DNA of 61,878 nucleotides, counting the filler, from Sanchytrium tribonematis (Eukaryota): the NCBI GenBank assembly GCA_018985235.1. It is 6 parts of 6 records of this genome, joined end to end, with 100 filler letters (N's around TTAATTAATTAA, not from the genome) between each part and the next. Parts side by side here need not be neighbours in the genome. Positions count along the whole stretch, not along the records: positions 55,704 to 61,878 come from JADGIG010000548.1; 5 more parts are not named here. One strand, given 5' to 3'. The notes beneath the pieces were generated by a model. The model was not told the origin of the DNA. It searched no databases and saw nothing but the letters and a program-made list of their open reading frames with translations. Shown here one piece after another: positions 56,021-61,878 of this stretch; position 1 is the first letter of the stretch; every line of letters starts with the position of its first letter. A program made the position numbers and the translations under genes.

Positions 56021-57840
56021 TTAAGCAGTGAATTCACTAATGGCTCGATTTCTCAATTGTAATTTAAATGGCGTTTTAGAAGCAACAATCCCAACCAACA
56101 TGGCATTTAAACACAATTTAATCGTATAAATGGGAGACCAAATGAATTGATATGGTTGTACTTTCCATTGATATGCATGAATCACTGGTAAATCGGAAGA
56201 GATTGGCATATTTGTGGCAATGATTTGAGATGTTAAAACAGTCATTTGAGTATTTTGACCATTAATACGAGTAGGACCTAAATAAATTGGAATTACGAGT
56301 AACTAGAGTAACATCTACTTGTAATGCTACAGTTTGAGTGTCTTCTCGAGTCTCCAGTTCAGTTGTATTCTTCAAAGTGGTCCATTTTGAATCAGTCTTT
56401 TGCAATGTCGTGGTTGTTGGATTAAATGTTTTACTTGGAATGTAATAGGTGTGATTAGCATCCAATGGGACTATTCCACATGTCGTATTGTTACTTGAAT
56501 ACATATCATCCAAATTGCAATAATTGTAAAATGTTTTATCAAACACTCCAGGTGACATTGGATTGTTGCTCAAATCACATGAAATTAAATTTGTTGGATC
56601 AACCATAGACACATCCGTAATCTGATTATTCTGGATATGCAACTGACTTGGACTTGCGAATGAGAAAGCACCACTCAAGAAATTATTATTCAAGTCAATT
56701 GAATATCCAGTAAATTGGAAATTAATACACCCACTTAATTGATTATATGATAAATCCAAATAACCAACATTTTGAAGTGAAATCGGGATGCTTCCAGTGA
56801 ATAAATTATGGGACATGTTCAAGAATTCTGGTGAAATACTTGGAATATTGCCCGTTAAAGAATTACATGACAAATCTAACCATGATAATGTACTAAATAA
56901 ACCACTAGTAATATTGCCGCTCAATGAATTACCGGCTAATCCAAGAGCGGTAATAGATTGAGGCAATGAAATTGGAAGTTTCTTAAATTGATTGAAACTC
57001 AAATGCAAATACATGACTTTAGAATAGCTCATATCAATATTACCCGATAATAAATTGTAAGAAAAGTCTACCGTATAATAAGAAACTGAACTCAGCACTG
57101 GTAAATTTCCAGTAAATAAATTCCATGATATTTAATGTTCCATTCAATTGGTTATTATCCAGAGATAACAGATTCAAAGTTGAAGATATATTGCCAATAT
57201 CACCATAAATCAAATTATGACTCGCAACAAAACTAGTTAAAGTTTTTGGAAATATATTTGGTAATTTATCAAAAATCATATTATAAGAAATATCAAACGT
57301 TTGTAAGGTAGGTGGCAATTGAGGCATTGAAGTGAGCATATTTTGACTCAAATGTATCTTTACGGTATGAGATGGAAATGACTTGGGCATTCCACTTAAT
57401 AAATTTTGACGTAAATCTAATACACTCAATTGCGATGGTAAGATCTCAGGAATAGCGCCATAAAGTATAATATTATAAAGTGATAGATATCGGATTGAAT
57501 TTGGTAAGTCATTTGGAATGGTGGTACTTAGTGCCGTATCAGAAATGGTTAAAGTTTGTAAATTGGAAGGAATAAATTGACTTTTGATTTCACCGTCAAT
57601 ATTAACACTCTACATATAAATATAAGTCACAACATCACCGGTACATTGTATTCCAAGTTCGCCTAATTTCCATACGATGGATGTTTGGCAGCAGTCGATT
57701 GGAACTTTTTTATAAAAATAGGGATCTGTCAAATGAAGATTCAGACCCTGTAAAAACTTCATGACTAGTGGACAATCTGGCGATATACCATATAGACGCG
57801 TGATGCAAGTAAGGTAAACTAGAATCATGGATATACTCAT
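56021..57840 (-). pseudogene. Receptor-like LRR surface protein (signal, Cys cap, LRRs, S/T stalk, TM-like segment) with an in-frame stop and a frameshift
   Basis: LxxLDLSxNxLSGxIP repeats; TAG at 57610-57612 in frame; frameshift near 57120; intact 19-nt intron at 56278-56296. Confidence 0.75.
56278..56296 (-). other. 19-nt spliceosomal intron
   Basis: GTAATTCCAATTTATTTAG; joins ORF 56262-57098 in frame to 56021-56245. Confidence 0.85.
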
Positions 57841-57882
57841 TTCAATAAAAATAAAAAAAGTTTCTGACCTATTTTCATTGAC

Positions 57883-59134
57883 GTGACCGTGAAATGTATG
57901 TTGTTTACCACTCATTTACCAACTAGATATCTTGGTTACTATGTAACACCTGCTGGAATCTGTACCAATACTTGTTTGGAGTATAAAAAGAAGCAAATTA
58001 ATGGTAAATTTGCTCAATTACGCCAGTATGGTGTTTATTATAAAGGGTTACCTATCAAGATCATTCAAATTTTATTGAATAGTCATATTGTACCGTTGCT
58101 GGATTTCAATATGCAAAATATTCAATACTCCTCAAAACAATTAGACTTATTGGACCAATTACTAAGAAAACAAATTAAATATATTATTGGGGCACGCAAG
58201 GCCATGCCAAATTTAATCTTTTTATAATGCAATTACTTTACCACGTGCCAAAGAAAGAAATTTGTATTTTAATTGGAAACATAAAATGCACATGTCGTGG
58301 AGAAATCATTCAACATTTATTCATCTCATAATTATTTGAAGGCCAAATTAGACTGTTTTCACTATCACAAAAATGTACTTGCAAATGTCAGACAACAAAT
58401 GCAACCCAGACAAGTCATAACTAGTAAAACCACCAACACATGCACATTTAAACCACACATTGCTAATGGCAATTGCGTATTTTATTGCGATGCCTAGTCG
58501 TAATAAATATGGAATTGGCATTGTCAAAGTTCCACCGTGGCATCTGATACCCACTTTAAGGAAAAAATTAAAAATGGAGAATTTTGCAATTTCAAATATC
58601 CCGTGTTCTACTGAATTAGAGATGGTAGGCATCAGATTATGTTTACTTGAAATATATTTGGACAACGAATTTACTAATTTTAAAATTATCTGCGACAGCC
58701 AAGCCTGTATCACAATTTGTAGTGCAATCGAAGGAGGTGAAGACCCCTCAAAATATTCATTTTCCTTTTTGGTGTATAATATCATTAAAAACATTCAACA
58801 GCAAGGCAAATTAGTAAATTTTGAATGGATTCGAGGGCACAATGGTGCAGAATTCAATGAACTAGTAGACCGATTGGCAAAAGAAGGACAAGAATCTGAA
58901 AATGTAATTCATTTTAAAGCTACAACAAAGTTGGCAACCAAACCACCTGATACAATCCTGGTAAACAGAAATTCCATTAGTTTGGATCGTCTAAATGAAC
59001 AAAGTCTGACGATTTTAAAATCAAATATCGCATGTTTTATGCGCACCATGTATTTATTTTAAATATAGTTCAAGGCATTTGCTGAAAGTATTCTTTCAGT
59101 TTAATTCCAATAAATCTTAATCTTAATCTTAATC
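57883..59134 (+). mobile_element. Degenerate, 5'-truncated non-LTR retrotransposon remnant (RT thumb + RNase H)
   Basis: RYLGY thumb motif and LDF...LDQLLRK.IK.I.G; RNase H ELE, ICDSQA, FEWIRGHNGAEFNELVDRLAKEG; several stops and frameshifts. Confidence 0.75.
59114..59134 (+). repeat. (TTAATC)n hexamer microsatellite
   Basis: atcttaatcttaatcttaatc. Confidence 0.7.
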
Positions 59135-59348
59135 AAGAGATTTTAAAGATCCAGGGAATTCAGAAGCAGCTTATTCTAATATTGCACAAGCATTGGAAGC
59201 AGATCATCAAGATGGGCATATTGTGCTGTGTCATGACAATCGAACTGCTTGTAGAGATGCATTTGCGAAAATTGTGGCATTATTTCAAAAATACAAATAT
59301 CAATTTGTGACATTGGAAGAATGTTTGGGGATTGCACCTTACAAGTAG
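59133..59348 (+). pseudogene. 3' fragment of a CE4 polysaccharide/chitin deacetylase (not in the ORF track)
   Basis: SRDFKDP...DGHIVLCHD...KYQFVTLEECLGIAPYK* corresponds to NodB motifs 4-5 and the typical fungal C-terminus; no start codon, stop directly upstream. Confidence 0.78.
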
Positions 59349-59414
59349 GCTTATATAGAAATAAATTAATATTTTAAGGCCATTAATTTCGACGACGCAA
59401 CCTGAAACATCAAA

Positions 59415-60071
59415 ATGTCAAATATTGAGAAAGAAACATTTGAAAACAAATTAGATAGACTGGAATTAGATATAGAAAATTTAAAGATTGACAATAAGAT
59501 TTTAAAGCTAAAAATTGACACTAAGAAGCTAAAAATTGACTATGATATTCTAATGAGGCAATATTATGACCAACAGAGCATCATTATATCTAGACAAATA
59601 GTCTATACCATGTTTGATAAGATATGTTGGCATATTTACACAAAGATGTGGAATATTCCTAGAAATCTGATTTGTAAATTTGAAAAACAAACCAAAGTTA
59701 AAAGAATTGATATTTTTAGCAAGGGAAATAATCGAGACTGTCCTCGCTTTATTAAATTTAAAAAGTCAAATAATATTAGCTACAGTGACGAAACTTTTCG
59801 AGATGGCTGTGAAAGAGCTTTCAAGACAATAGAAAACGAATTTAACATTGGGGAGAAAGATTAGTATCAATTTTACAAATTTTGCAATCAATTTATCAAT
59901 CCATTTCGCAAATTTGGTGGAATTCCAAATTATGATTTTACGAAAAACATGACAAGAGAAAAATTAAAAGAAAAATATTTGCAATGTTGTCGATATTTGG
60001 GAAATGAAGCAGATCAAGAAACTTTTAATATGATTATGGATTATAGTTTGATGTTTGGCAAAGAATGGTAA
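59415..60071 (+). pseudogene. Hypothetical coiled-coil protein interrupted by an in-frame TAG at 59862-59864
   Basis: 149-aa ORF followed in the same frame by 68 further sense codons to TAA at 60069-60071. Confidence 0.45.
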
Positions 60072-60144
60072 GTTTTTAATAATGTAGCCTAATTTCTCCC
60101 CTTAAGCTTTTTTGAGAACGTTGAAATAAAATTTAGTTTTAAAT

Positions 60145-60837
60145 TTATTTGCTTTTAACGGTGGGAGGCGTATACGCCATGAATCTCTGGACCAGGCTTT
60201 CCAACTTTTGATCATGCTGTGGATTTCTTTGCTGTTCACGCTGTAAATGTGCTTGTGAAATATCTGGTGATCTTTCTTGGTAAACGTTTTGATGGATTCT
60301 TTTAGGAGCCTGCTGTACTTTCAAAGTTTGCATGGACCGCATATTCTGCATAGCTTGCATTTGCATAGCCTGCTGCATGGATTGCATGGATTGCATTGGT
60401 TTCATTTGATGCATGCGATTTGGCAATCCGTAATTTTGGACGACTGCTGGCGCGGTCATTCGTTGAGTCGCCATTAAATAATCCATAGACTCGCTATCAA
60501 TTGACATAGTGTCTGAATTAGACAAGTCATCCATCATTGAGTGCTGTGGGTGACTCAATCGAATATGTTTCTTCATATCGTGGGATCTTTTAAAAGATCT
60601 TTGGCAATATTTGCACGAGTATGGACGGTACGGTGTATGAGTCAATAAATGACTGATTAATCGGTATTTACGGTCCACTGTGACCCCACAACCCTTCCAC
60701 TGGCATGGCCATTCCAAAGATGCCTCATCTTGTTCATTGCAATGTTCTTGACAATGTTTGTATAACTCACCTGGATCTTTACATTCTTTACCGCAAGAGT
60801 TGCCCCATTCGCAAATTAGTAACGTCATTGACGCCAT
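60145..60837 (-). CDS. Three-finger C2H2 transcription factor, PacC/Rim101-like, with a Q/M-rich tail
   Basis: CEW..C...LYKHC..H, CQWKGC...SHLLTH, RPYSCKYCQRSFKRSHDMKKH. Confidence 0.8.
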   Translation of the reverse strand: MASMTLLICEWGNSCGKECKDPGELYKHCQEHCNEQDEASLEWPCQWKGCGVTVDRKYRLISHLLTHTPYRPYSCKYCQRSFKRSHDMKKHIRLSHPQHSMMDDLSNSDTMSIDSESMDYLMATQRMTAPAVVQNYGLPNRMHQMKPMQSMQSMQQAMQMQAMQNMRSMQTLKVQQAPKRIHQNVYQERSPDISQAHLQREQQRNPQHDQKLESLVQRFMAYTPPTVKSK

Positions 60838-61055
60838 AAATCGGGCTACCAAATAAATACAAATCGTTTTTGAGATTGTCCAATCAGTTTCTTCATTTCT
60901 TATTTGCAAGCACGAATCAAAGACTTTGCAAGTCATTCACAAAGTCTTACCATGATCAATTGCCAACAAAAAGGCGAGTATCACAAGTTTACTCTGCTCG
61001 CAATTTAGCGGACGCATTTTTTAGTAATTTTTCAATTTTGAAACACGATTTAATC

Positions 61056-61878
61056 ATGGAATCTAAGAGAAATAATAGTGGCTACAAACCAAATACAGCC
61101 AGACCAATGACCCAACAGGGACTGGGTGGACTATCAAAACAGCCCCAACAGAGATTGGTCCAAGATAAGACATTTTTTATGAATCAGTATAAAAAGAGGC
61201 TGGAGGCCATGGAATATGAAATTCTTCATTTGGAATCTAAATTAAAAGAATCTAGCCAATTAGATCCAGTTGAATTACAACAAAGATTTAACAAGGCAGA
61301 AGTGGAAGTGAAGGAACAGCAAGATCAACTACAAATTTTAAACATTTATTTAGAAAGAAGGCGTACTATGTCTAGTATTGATGATTTGCACAAAGATCTT
61401 TCCAAAATTACTCGATTAAAATCTGACGAAATGGACCGATTGGAGGTCGTATTTAAAGAATATCAACAAAAAGAGATTGCATTGCAAAAAACCGATAAAC
61501 AGTTGAAAGAAGTCACTCAGCAACTTGATGAAATGATGCAATCTTCTCAAAACTACTCTCAATTTCTCCAATATCAAGAGAAAACGAAAGAATGTCTTAA
61601 AAATCAACAAAATCAGCAACTTCAAACAAAAGAGTTGCTTCAACAAATTGAACAATTATCCACTAGAATAGACAACAAAGGAGACATTAATATAGAGCAT
61701 CGATTGAAATTGATGGAATATCTGAGAAAATCTAATGAATTGCATAAAATCAGAAATAAACCTCCTAAATCATTCAATATTGAGGATGTACAGCGTGAAA
61801 TTAAAGAATTACAAGCCCAATATGATGAGAAACTAGCTAATAAAGAGGGAAAAGGTAAAATAGAAGAGAAAACCAAAG
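61056..61878 (+). CDS. IFT74: Intraflagellar transport protein 74 (partial, runs off the window; not in the ORF track)
   Basis: MESKR...RPMTQQGLGGL...QRLVQDKTFF then a continuous coiled coil; RPxTQQGL...RxxxDKxYF is the IFT74 N-terminal signature. Confidence 0.8.
   Translation, partial: MESKRNNSGYKPNTARPMTQQGLGGLSKQPQQRLVQDKTFFMNQYKKRLEAMEYEILHLESKLKESSQLDPVELQQRFNKAEVEVKEQQDQLQILNIYLERRRTMSSIDDLHKDLSKITRLKSDEMDRLEVVFKEYQQKEIALQKTDKQLKEVTQQLDEMMQSSQNYSQFLQYQEKTKECLKNQQNQQLQTKELLQQIEQLSTRIDNKGDINIEHRLKLMEYLRKSNELHKIRNKPPKSFNIEDVQREIKELQAQYDEKLANKEGKGKIEEKTK

Overview
AT-rich, extremely compact eukaryotic DNA. The gene content (Pep4, Fig4, Rpo41, Stu1/CLASP, Rtt107-like, PacC-like, a chitin deacetylase fragment, plus IFT74 and PPP2R3C) points to an early-diverging, centriole/flagellum-bearing fungus or close relative; this assignment is inference. 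The window is six unrelated contigs joined by artificial 100-nt N/TTAATTAATTAA linkers, so adjacency across linkers is not biological. There are about 45 protein-coding loci, often only 1-45 nt apart. Two observations stand out. (1) Twelve GT-AG introns, eleven of exactly 19 nt and one of 20 nt, all fit GTA-N7(8)-YTNAYNTAG and each restores or extends the reading frame. (2) One spliced gene (30345-33837) fuses a NAK/Ark1-family kinase to an internally deleted, trimerisation-less clathrin heavy chain. Also present are an MLKL-like/kinase/Sel1/kinase protein, very short signal peptides, two CLASP paralogs, and a decayed non-LTR retroelement between a broken LRR gene and a decapitated chitin deacetylase. 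No rRNA, tRNA or CRISPR array was recognised. All family assignments come from motif recognition by eye, not from database searches.
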